Source of the DNA: Phoronis australis
Lineage: Eukaryota > Animalia > Phoronida
Direction: 5' to 3'
DNA: 64,000 nt
Assembly (NCBI GenBank): GCA_002633005.1
Contig: NMRA01000021.1
Location: forward strand, 1,175,119 to 1,239,118
Shown here one piece after another: positions 11,513 through 24,600 of the stretch (positions are counted from its first letter, which is position 1; each line of letters starts with the position of its first letter). The position numbers and the translations under genes are program-made. A model generated the notes under the pieces. That model ran no database searches and was not told the DNA's origin. It worked only from the letters and a program-made list of their open reading frames with translations.

Positions 11513-14500
11513 AAAGCATGTTTCAGCATTGTCAATGTCTGTCGACAAAAGATTGTCAATTAAGCACGCGTACGTTTCTGACGATTAACTTTTAAACTTC
11601 TTAAAAATCTCAAGGAATAATAACAGGTCGAGGAACATTCCACTCAAACACCGTTTACAAATTTTTAAGAAGTTATCGTATGTCTCTTTTTACGAACGTT
11701 GAGTTAGTCCCGGTTTCTAGAAGCGAGTGCACTGCGTCCATAATTTAAACGAGCCAAGTCACGTGCATGTGGGATGAGACGTTCATAACATATAATACTA
11801 GGGCAAGATTTTCCCGCAGTCTACCCATGCTTGGCTACCCATTATGGTACAATATCCTGTTCTAGATGAACCTCTACCAAATGAATGCGATCCACCAATA
11901 TTGCTATCATTTTGTTTTATGCCATTCTTCAAGTTAATGTATTCAAATGGCAACAACACAGTTGTTGTACGTAGGCTTTTATTAACAAAGCGAATTTGTT
12001 TGATATTTGAAACTATAATAACTATTCTTATCTAATGCTCCTTACTGAATGGCAGCCTATACAAACTAGTCAATGGATGAGATACATGTATTCGATAAGT
12101 GAAATATCATATCATCATATTTAAAGTACAGCAACGTTGAAATGAATTAATATTGTTCTGATCATCCGCTCACACTGGCTTGATATATACACAAAACGTA
12201 CAGAGAGTGGCGTAGATGGAATAAAAACATGTACAGCCAGTCCAAGCAGATCGGGCTCTCATCTGTTCATGTTAACTTTGTCAAACAGGGGTTTTCCTGT
12301 AAATGACAGTAAGCACAGATTTGATTATAAAAAATCAATCTCATTCGGATTAAATGAGCGAATCGGCGAATTTGGGGCACTTGTTGATAGAAAAAATCTT
12401 TTCCCTGGCGTCTTTTCATCACAAAAATATTGGCTTAAATTAAGCGTTCCTACAATTGATTTTTGCACTTTTTCAGGTTTTGAACCGTATATGGTGTTAT
12501 AACCCAGAATCTAGCTAGATGAGTACTTTGGGAATTAATTGAGGAACTTTGAATTTTAACGAAAAATTACTGATTTTTTGTTTCCCCGCCACGTGATGTC
12601 ATCAGCGGAAGAGGTTGATCAGTTGATAGTATAATGCAATGGTGGACAGTCGTGATTTTGCAAGTTACAAGAGCGATCTTGATGAGTACTATGAAGACAG
12701 GTATGTCAATGGGGGTGAAGACGACATTTAGGTTATTGGTGGAACACATAATGAGTTAGACCTCGCCACTAATCTCAGCAGACTGCGTGTTTGAGGCCGT
12801 ACGAACTAGAACGGCGTCTTCGGCGAGTGAAGACGAGTCGGAGCCTACTCAGTCTGCGGACAGTCCTGATTTCAGAGTGGCAATCAAAGCCTTCCATTGA
12901 ATCACAATTTAATTTTCTTCACTTTGGTGTCTAGTATATGTGTTTCGAGGTGTACAGCTTACCCGGCGAAGTTCTTACCCTGACTATCAAAGTCCAGTCG
13001 CGACTCTGATTTCATTTCTTCGAAAGCTGAATGCATTTGTTAGTGTGTCACTGAGGAGCGATCATATCTAATTATAGTGACAGTAACTGGATTTTTATTT
13101 CTGTCTTGTGTTATTAAAGTTTTGTGTTGTAGTGATTCGTTGATTGTTTCGGTCCAGTGTCCGACTCCAGTCTCTGCGAAAGCAGCGGTCGTGACCCCAC
13201 CTGTTTGTGCGGCATCTAAATCACATTTTCTGTTGGGCATTGATGTGGATAGCATGCGGGCGTCCATACTGAAAAAATCTGCGAACACTAGATTGTAGCA
13301 AAGATCAGCTTGCACACACTTCTATATCTCTTGACGAGATCTGTCTAGCAACTTCCAGAGAGATTCGTCAAAGTACGATGAAGCTATTGCTATGGTATGT
13401 GTGCGACATGTTAATTTTTTACGTGTCTACCCCGGAAACCAGTTTCATTGTACGCGATCAAAAGCAATCACAAACAATGTCGAAAAATATCGTAGTAGTA
13501 AACTGATAACCCATCGTCTTAAGTTAATCTGCTCGTCTATTTAACCAGTTAAAAATTGAATAAATTTTCCGTGTTCATTTTTTGTCATTTAAAAAAATAA
13601 AGTATCTCTCTATCCGCAAGAATGAGAGGAAATTGATTATTTCTCACCGACTTCATGGTTGTGTTTGGACTGACCATTAAGAATATACCTCCAGATCAAC
13701 TAAAAGCTGTAAAATGGCGGCCACAGTTTGCACATATTGCATGTAAAATTCGCAACAGATATGCACAATGGCCGTATGAACAAAACATATTCATACTAAA
13801 CACATTTGTATTCTTGTTGCGACATCTGCTCAGTGGAAAAAGTGTGTTTTGTTCAAAAAGTCGGACACTTCGACAAAAGGACCACCGTACTTGTCATCTT
13901 GAAATTACAGCATAGTGTTTGTTACAATGGGCCTGTAGAAGGTCCAAATAATGTGTCAGCCTTGTTGTTTTGCGTACTTTATTTCGCAAAATTCCGACAC
14001 CACTGTCTTATTTCTAAAAGTATTATTTTATTGAATGCGATTTTTAAAACTAAATGGTCGCCACGTCCGACATCTTGAATATAATAGTAGCAAAACGTAA
14101 TGTGGCTCTCAACCTTGTTGGCGCTGATTTGGGTCTTGAAAAACCAGGTCAAATCAGGTCCAACAGTCTGTTCCAAAGGATGTACAAAATCTGAAAATTT
14201 GAAAATTATAATGAGTCAAAGACTTCAAAAACCTTGCACAAAGTCGAAGTCTACTGAAATTGATTCCAAAATTAATTTTCCCAGCCCGCTACTTGAAAAT
14301 AAACGAGCCAAAGTACGCCAAATCAGCAGTTTTTACCCCAAAGCCACTATTTCTATGCGATTGCCAAGAACTGAGAGACAGTGCATTCAGACCTCCGACA
14401 CTTTCCAGATTCCAGAAATCAGGTGAAATGTGGGTTTCGGCCTGTCAGATTTTTCACGAATCCAAAGACCCTCAAGGATACCTCAGCGAATACCGTGGTA

Positions 14501-15438
14501 AATTTCAACTTACCGCTTGCAAGCAGTAAAAGTTTAAGAAAAGCCACGGCTGAGCAAAAAGTGGGCCAAAAAGTTAACAGCTGACAATCTTTCACTCAGA
14601 ACAGATTGAAAAATGAAGAAAATGTCTTCCGTAGACTTAACATGCAGCACAGAATTTGAAAAGCCCAGCAAACCCAGCAGGTGTCAATTTTTAAGGAAAT
14701 AGGGCCGTCCCGGGCCGGATTACACAGCGACATTCGAATCTCGCTGTATTTACCCACAATGCCGCAATCAATCGTCAGGCTCATTTCGTGCCTCGTTTTC
14801 GTGGCATTGGACTTCACACGTTATTTGTTGCTGTCTGATTCTTAACAAGTTTTCCCGGTTGCGTTACTCTATTCGTCCTTCTAATACCAACGGAGTATTA
14901 CTGCGACTTGAGAAAGTTTGATAAACTCGACAAATGCCCGTGGATGTGTGATATGAAATTCTTCGCTTGTCCGACATCAATGAGAGATTGGACACGAAAA
15001 TGTGCCTGATTTCAAAAACGAGGTCACGCACTTTCTTATCTCTGGAACAAAGGAGGATTCTGTTAAGCCATATTGGGAGAGCTAAAAAATCTATTGGGTG
15101 CCACCTCAGTAATGAGTTAGGAAAGTGTTCCACTTCGAGTACATATATTTCATGTTAATCAGACCAGAAATGCGACCTGGGTGCGAAAAGACACATTTTT
15201 TACACCTGAGCAAGGCATACAAGGCAAAATTTATTTCGCCAAGTAAGCTAATTGTAGTACTATCGTATGCGTAGGCCCATTGTAGAAGTTCACTTTCAAC
15301 ATTTATAACCAGTGCTCAATTTGTACACTATTCATGACGATAGCTTTTGGAATTTGGATTTCCTGTTGTATCGTGGACCGCTTAATCGCATGGCTTTATG
15401 TACCTGCCAGCCCTTTCAGGACACGTCGTGCATCTGCT

Positions 15439-15447
15439 TATATATAG
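15439..15447 (+). promoter_or_regulatory. Candidate TATA box of the peroxidase gene
   Basis: TATATATAG ~55-60 bp upstream of the ATG at 15500. An Inr-like TCAGT lies at 15482-15486, further from the TATA than the canonical ~30 bp. Confidence 0.4.
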
Positions 15448-15499
15448 TACTGGCGTGCTCGGGTAAGATCGGAGAGGTCTTTCAGTGAAGACAAGCAAC

Positions 15500-15619
15500 A
15501 TGTACACATCATTTACGCGTAACGTATTCTTGTTGTTGTTCATGCTGGTGAGGACGTGGGCAGCGCGAGCACCGTTATCACGCGACAAAGTCAAGGAGAT
15601 TCGACAGGAAATTAACAAG
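15500..15619 (+). CDS. Peroxidase exon 1 (signal peptide)
   Basis: MYTSFTRNVFLLLFMLVRTWAARAPLSRDKVKEIRQEINK, with a GT donor at 15620. Phase 0 matches exon 2. It lies 6.5 kb upstream, so it is less certain than the core exons. Confidence 0.7.
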
Positions 15620-18600
15620 GTTTGCTAGTGTTAGACGCTTGATTAATTTTTCGAAGGCGGAAAAACACTGTAGTTGGGGACCGTATCCCGGAAGGGCCCT
15701 TGAATTGTTTTTTTTTTCTAGAACCTGCACTTTTAGACCATGCAAGAACTTCATCCAGGTAGATTTTTAATGACAATCTCCAAAAGATGTGTGTAGTGGG
15801 ACTTTACCTCAGTTAACACTGTACTCAGTCTTGAATCCTGCTCAAACCTCGAGAGTTGTCAATAGCTTTGGTAAGTCAGTGAACAGTCCGCGGTACACTC
15901 AACCCTGCCACTAAGTTTGTTGGGTGGTTCAGTTCCACACAGTTTTAATTCATTGTCGAATTAATTAAAGTAGCACTAAACCCTCCTACCGGCATCACAA
16001 ACCCATTTTTGATTTAGACCACATGCCGTCATGACATTGGTTTGAAATTGTTACAATACGTCAAAACAGGTGTAATTCTGGACTTGGAAAGGACTGGCGG
16101 TTAGTTGTTGCTAGAAACTTAGCTTTATAACTGGACTTGTCACGGCGTGTCATTTTATTCACCGAGCATGGCCTCGATGAATAACGAACTGCCTGTTCTC
16201 TGCAAATTATGAAGCATCTGTATAAGGAACGAAGTTGATACTAATTTATATTTCTTCTGCTATGGAGTATGGCTTAATTCGTTTTTTTGAAATTTGATAA
16301 TTATTTTGCATTTTGACTTTGCCTACAGCAATTCTACTAAACAAAGTGTGTCACCGAGTTAGATTTTCGTTGATTTATACGAGTCACTGAAAACTCGCCC
16401 CTGATTAAATTAATGAATGAGATCCTTATAAAAACGGATGAATTTCTTAGACCGAAGTCAGTTTATGGTTCTGTGGTTTTTAGCTTTAATTTCCGGTTTA
16501 ATAATTTTCATACCTTTATGGATTTTGAGTACCCTAAATTGTGGCATTTTGGCTTCTACACAAAAAGTTGCACTCTTAGTTTATCTTCAAAGTTTTAATT
16601 TGATGCCCTGTATGTCATCACTCAGGTAACAGAAAAATAGCCTGTGGCCAGCTTAGTTTGTAATTTATATTAACCCAAACAGAGTCATGAATTTGCAAAT
16701 TAGCCTTCTCAAAAGCGCGCCCATTTCAACTAAATCGCGATTGACCCGTTGCATTTCACTAGAGTACGATTATATTTCATGTATGCCGTTGGAGTTGTGA
16801 AATAAATTATGTTGATGTGAATAATTTTAGAGCAGACATTTTTTCTTTAATATATATTAGGTCACATTTAGTCTCTCAATACTTGTGTTTCACAGCATGT
16901 TAGTACTCATGTTTTGCCGCCGTTGCAATAAACAGACTAAATTGCAACATTGAAAGTGGTTCTCTGCCAATAAACAAATTTCAACCGGCCCTCCAGCTAT
17001 TTAGAGTTTACTTGTAAAGATTTTTAATTTCTGTTTATATCAAAGCATTTTCTTTTAGTTTCAAATTTCAAAAACGACCTGTCAAGTGGTCGCCACGTCG
17101 TCGATTTTTCTCCCACAAGGCAAAACACGTTTCCTTATTTGGTAGGGCAAGACATAATGGCTCAACGGACTTCGTGCAACTGTCTGTGAGCACGTGCGCA
17201 TTTATTATAAGTGGGAGGGAGATTAGAAATTCTGCGGTAACCACTGAGTTTTTCCTTCTTGCCTTTGCGTATTTCACAAATTGTAAATTTTGTGATTTTT
17301 TCTGGAAAAAATTTCACAGGGTAAAGTGAATTACTCTGTACTAGACATTGCTAGATGGTACTTTCGTCAGGAATTGTTTAAAGTTATTTTTGACGAGCAT
17401 TCGCGTTTCATGCCTCTTTAAATTTGCATTCCTCCCTGATGAGCAAGCTGAAAACGAAAACTGAATTACCGACTTCACGAATTTCTCATTTTCACTGACT
17501 TCTACACCAACTATTGGACAGGCGATAAATATTCGGTGACAATCCTTGATTGAACTTAAATTCAGTGCCGTTGGATTAAACCAGTCTTGTTTTGGTTTGG
17601 TTTGGATTTTGTTTTGAGCTGCTTAACAGTGTAGCCTAAAAAGTAGACGGGGCCCACTCCCATCGAGAGAGGTCTCCCTACGTTCTCAAAACCGGCAAAA
17701 TTGAATGGAAATCATCTTATAGATGTAGACACTTGTTCTGTTCTGAGTTTGAGCCCCATTCGCTGACATTACCGTTTCAAGCTTCTGCAGTTCGTTTCAC
17801 CAAAAAACTATATCGGGCGAATTTGAACTCCCGTGGTGTTAGGGGCCTTGAAGGTCAAATTCATTTTGGTTAACATCGTTAAATTTAAAGGCGATAATAG
17901 CTCATTATCTGTGTATCTGAATAATGGGATTACGACTTTCATTTTAGGTCTTGATGTAAACCCTAGAAAACTCGTGGAAACTCTTGCGAAAGGTATCAGT
18001 GAAGTAGTCCCCGATCACATTAACAAAATATCTTTTAAATGCAAGATCCAATGAAGAAATAAGTATGATTACATCATTTTTGGATTCAATTCACCTTTAC
18101 AGAGGTTATAGATTTGAGGAAACAGTGTATTACTGTGTCCCAATAGGTTCATGCCAAGATGTTTTTTTTTATTTCCAAGTCATTCTTTATGTCAGCATTC
18201 GTGGTTGAAAATGTTTATCAACGGGTAAGCGTCCCATGACTTACCGTCTGCAGTGTGCCAGTTTGTTTATGGACATTTTGGAACACTAAACACATCAACT
18301 TTCAAATGCTAGCGAATGACAGACTTAATGGACGGAAAGTGCATCGTGCTGTTAAATTTGAACGACTACACACGTGAAAACAAAACTGGGATGAGTGAAA
18401 TTTCTTTTGAGTACGTAATAAACTTCGTGCGCTCTACTGAGCCGCCCGAGTGTCGCATATGCCTTCCCCTTTCCTACGAAGCTACCGCAGCTGTTACAGA
18501 AATGTTGTCTGGTGCCTCCGCACCCATTGGTATAAATGTACGTGGGAACGAGTTCATACTCGTCATCATTTCGTCATCTATCTTAGAACAAAACAATATT

Positions 18601-21600
18601 AGGAAATAGTTTTCTGTGTTCCTCAATGTTGTCTAGGGATACCTTTATATAACTACCAAAATAAACAAGAACGAGTTGAAACGATAAGTGGTTTGTCACA
18701 CCCTAGAACAACAACGATATAGAACTATTTACCAGTAGGACCACACTTTACGCAAGGCTGCTAATTAAGCTCAATTTATGGAGTGATCGACATTATTTAC
18801 AACTCATCTTAGGTTAAGTAGATAATAGTGCAATTACGGTGTTAAGCGCGACGTTGCCTTGAAAAGGTCTATAACAATGAGGTGGACACCGTTTACTGAC
18901 ATTTCCAAATTGTGACATTCGAGAATGTCACCTCTTGTGGGTGACTCATAGGATGATTATGACGCATTGTCAGATGTCACAAATATTCTCACGTGAAATT
19001 CACTTGTTTTTACCCCGCGACTAGTAGCTCTAAAATCGACGAAATTCTTTTAGATTAACGTTTCTTGGTTTTTATTTTTACTCAGTCTAATAGCGACCTA
19101 TTATCACCGAATCACTGACTAAAATCGTAAAAGCTGCGGTGAGGTCGAGTGAGGAGCAAAACCTTTGTGATGACTTTGTGAGCTAACGACTTGGGAGCAT
19201 AGGCGTGTCGATTTGGCTGTTTGAGAAGCATATAACATAGCTTTGGACTTTCTGACAAAATGTATGAAACCTGAAGGGACTTCGAATAGTTGAGAAAAAT
19301 ATGTAGTGTACACATCTAGGGTTCTTTGTATGAAAAGTGACACCAAAAACAGGTCTGAAGCTTGGACTAACGCTCCACTTAACAATTTCTGAACGTGGAC
19401 TGACTATGGAACCAGTGCCGTATCCACAGAGCGACAACATTTGAACTGAAAGATTGTGTTGAAGTTTGGGAGAAAAAAAGAGAACGCATGACTGTCTAAG
19501 ACTGAAAATCGGGGAAACATCGGACTTGTTCTATCATAAACGGCTTGCCGCGGACTTTCAGGTTAAAAATCCCGTGCCTCGGTGTAGGTTACGTTAGAAA
19601 GACTCAGAGGCACGTTGTTTTCTTGTGGTCTCCATAATATATTTTTATAGCAACAGAAGTATACACAATACAATAATATTACAGAGAATTAGACCAGAAA
19701 AGTAATCATTTTGTTTAGGCCTATATTTCCTAATCAGCCTGGCATGGCCATTGCAACCGTTGATAAACCCATTTTAATAAATAACTTTAGTAAAAACATG
19801 ATAATGAACAACGTCATCAAGAAAATAACGAAAACAAAAGAGAATCGTTAAGGGCTAAAGTAATGACACCAAGAAAATAGATCAGCATAGCGTGAAATTA
19901 ATTGCTTACTAAGGTACTTCAAAGTTAAATCAGTATGAGCGATAAAAGAGTAGGCCTACAGTTATAATCTTTAGTTGTGGAAGATATCTAGTAAAAGTCA
20001 GTTTTGTCATGCTTTTTACTAAGGTTATCAAAATGAGACCAGATCTAATCATTTGTTTAGAGGCTACGAAACAGCCCTTCACGCTCGGCGATATAAAGGG
20101 GTTAATAATATGCTTGACCTGAAAACGTATTCTTGAATAGGTTATATTAAGCGTATGATCCTTCATAACACATACAAGTACCTTGCAATATTTTGAATTT
20201 TATTAACAACACAACTAGATAGTAGCCCCAAAAACCGAGCCAACAAAGTTTGTGTAAAATTTTAATTCTTTTTGATGAGAACGAAAAATTCAATACAAGC
20301 TCAGTGACTTGTGTGATTAAAACTCGGTGGACAGAGCATGCGTATACTGAAGTTTCATTCAACTTAACTTTAAAAAATCGACTTATGTAGAATTAATAAA
20401 AATATAGGTTCATTTGGATCACGTTGTAAATATTTTTTTTTTTCGTCTCAAGATAAATTGTGTTAAGTTCTGTTTTCATTAAAATCATTGTATCCACCTA
20501 TCTTAATACTTGGCTAAGGGTTTAAGGAGTGATAAATATAGTTAATTGGTACAAGAATTCCACTATCAAACTTCACATTCGCTACCACGTTAAGAAAATA
20601 ATTCGAACTACCATCAGTTTCGCAAGTTTTTAAAGAGTCTTTATTTCATAAGCAACTGTTGTCACGAAATATCCCAAAGTCAAGATATCAGAAGTAATAC
20701 GAATTGCGTACTAGCAAACTACCGGTGTATAATTTACATTTTACCAACGAATACAGAAATGTGATATATCCTCTCGTTGCACTTGTTTTGGTTGCTAATA
20801 TTTGTACGGAATGTCACATTTTCAGTATTTGACCCGATCAATAGCATCAAATCAAAAACAGTACAGTAGTATCACTTTACAGACAAGATGTATTTAAAGA
20901 GACTGTATTGCAGTGGTGGATCTAGGATATCACAAGGGGTGGGGCCCAACATTTCGTCTGTAAACATTTGCTCAAAGCACGATTGTAGATGCGCATAGCA
21001 CCGAATGGGGGGAGGTCGCGGGGGAGGGGGGTTTGCCCCCTCACGCCCAGGAAATGTTTCTGTTTTTTTCCTCTAAAAATCAATCAAGCATTTTCTTTGA
21101 TTCCCGAAGTATTATTCAAGAAAAAAAGACAAAAAAGGCAAAAAAGCTAGGAGAAAGTGCCACACAGGCTCGAACTCACGACCTGGCGGATAGAGGATAG
21201 AGGGCGCGCGCTTTTAACACTTCACCACCACGAATTAACTTCTAACATGATACTAATATAAGAGACCTACTTGTTTATAGTCCACAGCGTTCGCGCGAGA
21301 AACCTCCTTCTTTTTGTAATGCTTACTACATGTTTTATATTTTGCGATATCAGTTCGTAACATATTTGTTGTATTTAAAATAGTCTTCAATTGCCCAAAA
21401 GACCAAATCCGTTTTTTGTGTTGGCAATAATGACGCGATTGCTTTGGAAATCGTCTTAGACAAAGAGAGAATTATGAGTTTCTGAGTGATTCCCACCCCC
21501 TAAATCCGCCTATGGTATTGGACCATCATTACGACATTGTTGCAGAATATACTTTAAGCAGAACAACAGCGAGATATTGTTTTTATGACTGCAGCCAGAA

Positions 21601-24600
21601 AATATTTTTGCATATTTCTGGCTATTCATCTGCTCATTTCTGATGATTATCAGTCACGTGGTTATTGACTATTCGGAGTGCATATTTTAAGTTGCGTTGC
21701 TGATGCAAATCTCAATCCCAGTGAAAGTCCTATTTTTAGATGCTTTCGAAAAAATGCTACATTTCTAGGATTTCTAAAGGTTAATCATATCCTCAGCCCG
21801 CTTACTGAAACGGGTGAGTGATACTTTCTAACAGCGGACCTTTAGCAACAGGGAGATCTGTTTCGTCAAAAGGGACTTACCCCATGAGACTTAAGACAGA
21901 CTTTTGACCTCATACTATCACTTCACGATTGCTAAATAAAGGTTTAATCAAAGTAATTATAAGCGCATCAGTCCAGAAATAGTTTCAAAAATTACCTCAA
22001 TAACTATTTATGTGTAAATCCTTAGAGACTTTAGGACAAGTTGGATATAAACAGTTTAATCGTGTTGCCAATACCCGAATCTCTTCATTTTACAGCTCAT
22101 TGTGTCCAACGCCGAAAACGGCCAGCATCCGTTCATTGCTGGGTTCGTTCGCTTGTCCTTCCACGACTGTGTCGGCAATTGCGATGGATGTGTTAACTTA
22201 GCTAACCCCGACAATGCAGGTAAGGGCAGAACAAGGTTTTGTTTCTACAACGCAGTTTGGTTGTTTTCACAATTTCACCAGGCTATGCCTCGGGACTGTC
22301 ACTGACACCAAGAACACCGTGTGTACGCCGGCTTACAGTTTTGAAGCTACGTGCACACGTATGGTTCCGGAATTCGCTTGGTTTGAACCGTCTGAGCCCT
22401 TTTTCCTGGGTCCCAGAATGCAAAGCACAAATTTTGGGATTTGCTGTTTATTGGTGACATCTGACTCGAAAGATTGTAGGTTAGGTCCTAAATTACCTTC
22501 CAAATTTGAAGCAAAATGATACAGAAGGGTCAAAACATCATGATTTACTTGGAATCTGATGTAGCCTTTTCTATCTCTGATGGACCAGTAGGTGTCTCTA
22601 TAAACATTACTGCAGTAAGGTGGCGTGACCGTCTAGGCCTCGAAACAGCTCAGTCACCTAGAACTGTCAATTAATGAATTTGATCACAAATAGTTCTACA
22701 AAGAGACAATTTACAAGAAAGGAAGCAGAAAAAAGTTGTCAAAAACAGAAACAGTCTTTTAGCATTACTTTTCATGTCCGTACCCATCATATCATTCGGG
22801 GGGGGAGGGTGAAGCTGAAGGAATAGTGGACCAAACCGGGACTGCAGGTCAGTTGACGCAATCGTCGATGTAAACTACAGGTTCTGTGCTTGTCATATGA
22901 AAAACCCATAATTCACGAGAAGTTAGGACGTGTTTTTATTATGCAATGGCCAAAATGATCAATCTCAGATTATTGAAAAATAAAGAGAAACTATCCACTG
23001 TTTGTGGTTGTGGCTAGTGGCAGTGTTCGAGGTAGTTTCTTGGGCTGTGACTTTTTGCCTCTCATTTTAAGCTGCCATCACATGCATGGATTTTTTACGC
23101 GGAATCCTTACGTATCGCTACATTGTAAGCAATACCAAGCATCCGTATTTTCGCAAAACGCAACAACTCGTAAAAATCCGTGGGAGGAGTGGCAACTAGT
23201 TTTTGAGATGTCAAAAATTTTCTGGCCATCGTCCAGGGATTGATTTATCCGTAATTAACACGCAAAGGATCATAAACCGCTCTCAACTACACGTGACCAT
23301 TAGAAAACTGATCTTAAGAATCCGCAATGGCTCGTAGAAATTTAAAAACATATTTGTTACAAATAATTCAGGAATGAGATGACAATGAATCTTTCACTTC
23401 CAGTGAAAAGATTTTTCAATAAAATAAGAGGGCATTACGGAGGCAATTGAAAAAATACAGGTAATATGAAGGCTTGCTAAGGTGGACCCTGAATCCCGTT
23501 GGGGGTGTATTCTTACCCGTCGCACTCTCCTTAGGTAGAGACATGCTTTTAATGCCCGATATTGCGCCATACTTTTTTCGTGTAATACCTCATATAATTG
23601 GATCTGATCTATGTAAGATAATACTCTAGTATTGGCTTACAAAGTATATGAGTATTACCTTAGAAGAACAAACTCTAGCAGGGAGCACGAGAAAAATTAA
23701 AAACGTGGTCTCCATCGACTTGATTTTTCAGGCCTGGGTCGCTACATTACGCCTCTTACAACACTGTATAATGAGAAAGGTTACAAAACAGTTCTAAGCC
23801 ATGCTGACTTCTGGTCTTTGGCGAGTATTGAAGCCATAGCCATGGCATCAGAATACGCGGGAAAAAGACTCGACGTCCCGTTCAGGCAAGTGTTTGAGTA
23901 AGACTCAATCGCAGAGTAAGTGTGAGGAAGCACAGCATAAGAATTATTTTTGTTGAAACGTTATTGTACATACGTATCACAGAGCACAATTCTATTTCTA
24001 TACAATACATGATACATAAATGCAATGCCTAAATACTATTTTATGTTTTTGAGCCACTGTCTAAAGTGTAGTAGGTTTGCATGCCTGACTCACTATGATT
24101 TAACTTGAAACAAACTAGAGAAAGTAGCTGTGATATGCCTTAGAACAAACGTGATGTAGCCTACGTTCAAAAATGGAACACCCATTCTAAGTCGAACTGA
24201 CATTATGGCGAATATTTTATTGCAGATGGGGAAGAGAAGACTGCGACACCCCTCCTAAATCGAAAGCAGCAAATATCTACCCTTCCGCTCACGGTGACAC
24301 TGATCACGTGATCGGTTATTTCAGCAAAGAGTTCGGCCTGAGTCACCGTGAGACAGTCGCACTTTTAGGAGCTCACACACTAGGAAGGGTGCGTGATGAG
24401 ACGTAGTCGCAGAAAGCTAGATAAAATGTGTTACTCTTGAATTTAGGTTAGAGATTATCCGCAAATATGTGCATTTACCCAATTGCTTACAAATCTAAAG
24501 AACAGACACCGGCAGTCCAAAATTATGCTATGGGATAATTTTTTGACATTTTGAAATTTTATCGTTTTTTATCATTATGACAGATACTCCAAATCATGTG

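Noticed and set aside
13040-13315. Overlapping ORFs at 13040-13315 (-) and 13077-13298 (+), the latter with a hydrophobic N-terminus
   Set aside because: No recognisable motif and no supporting exon chain. Cannot be supported without a homology or RNA search.
21157-21233. Functional tRNA gene
   Set aside because: Acceptor and T stems do not pair, the anticodon arm has an internal duplication, and it sits inside a MITE.
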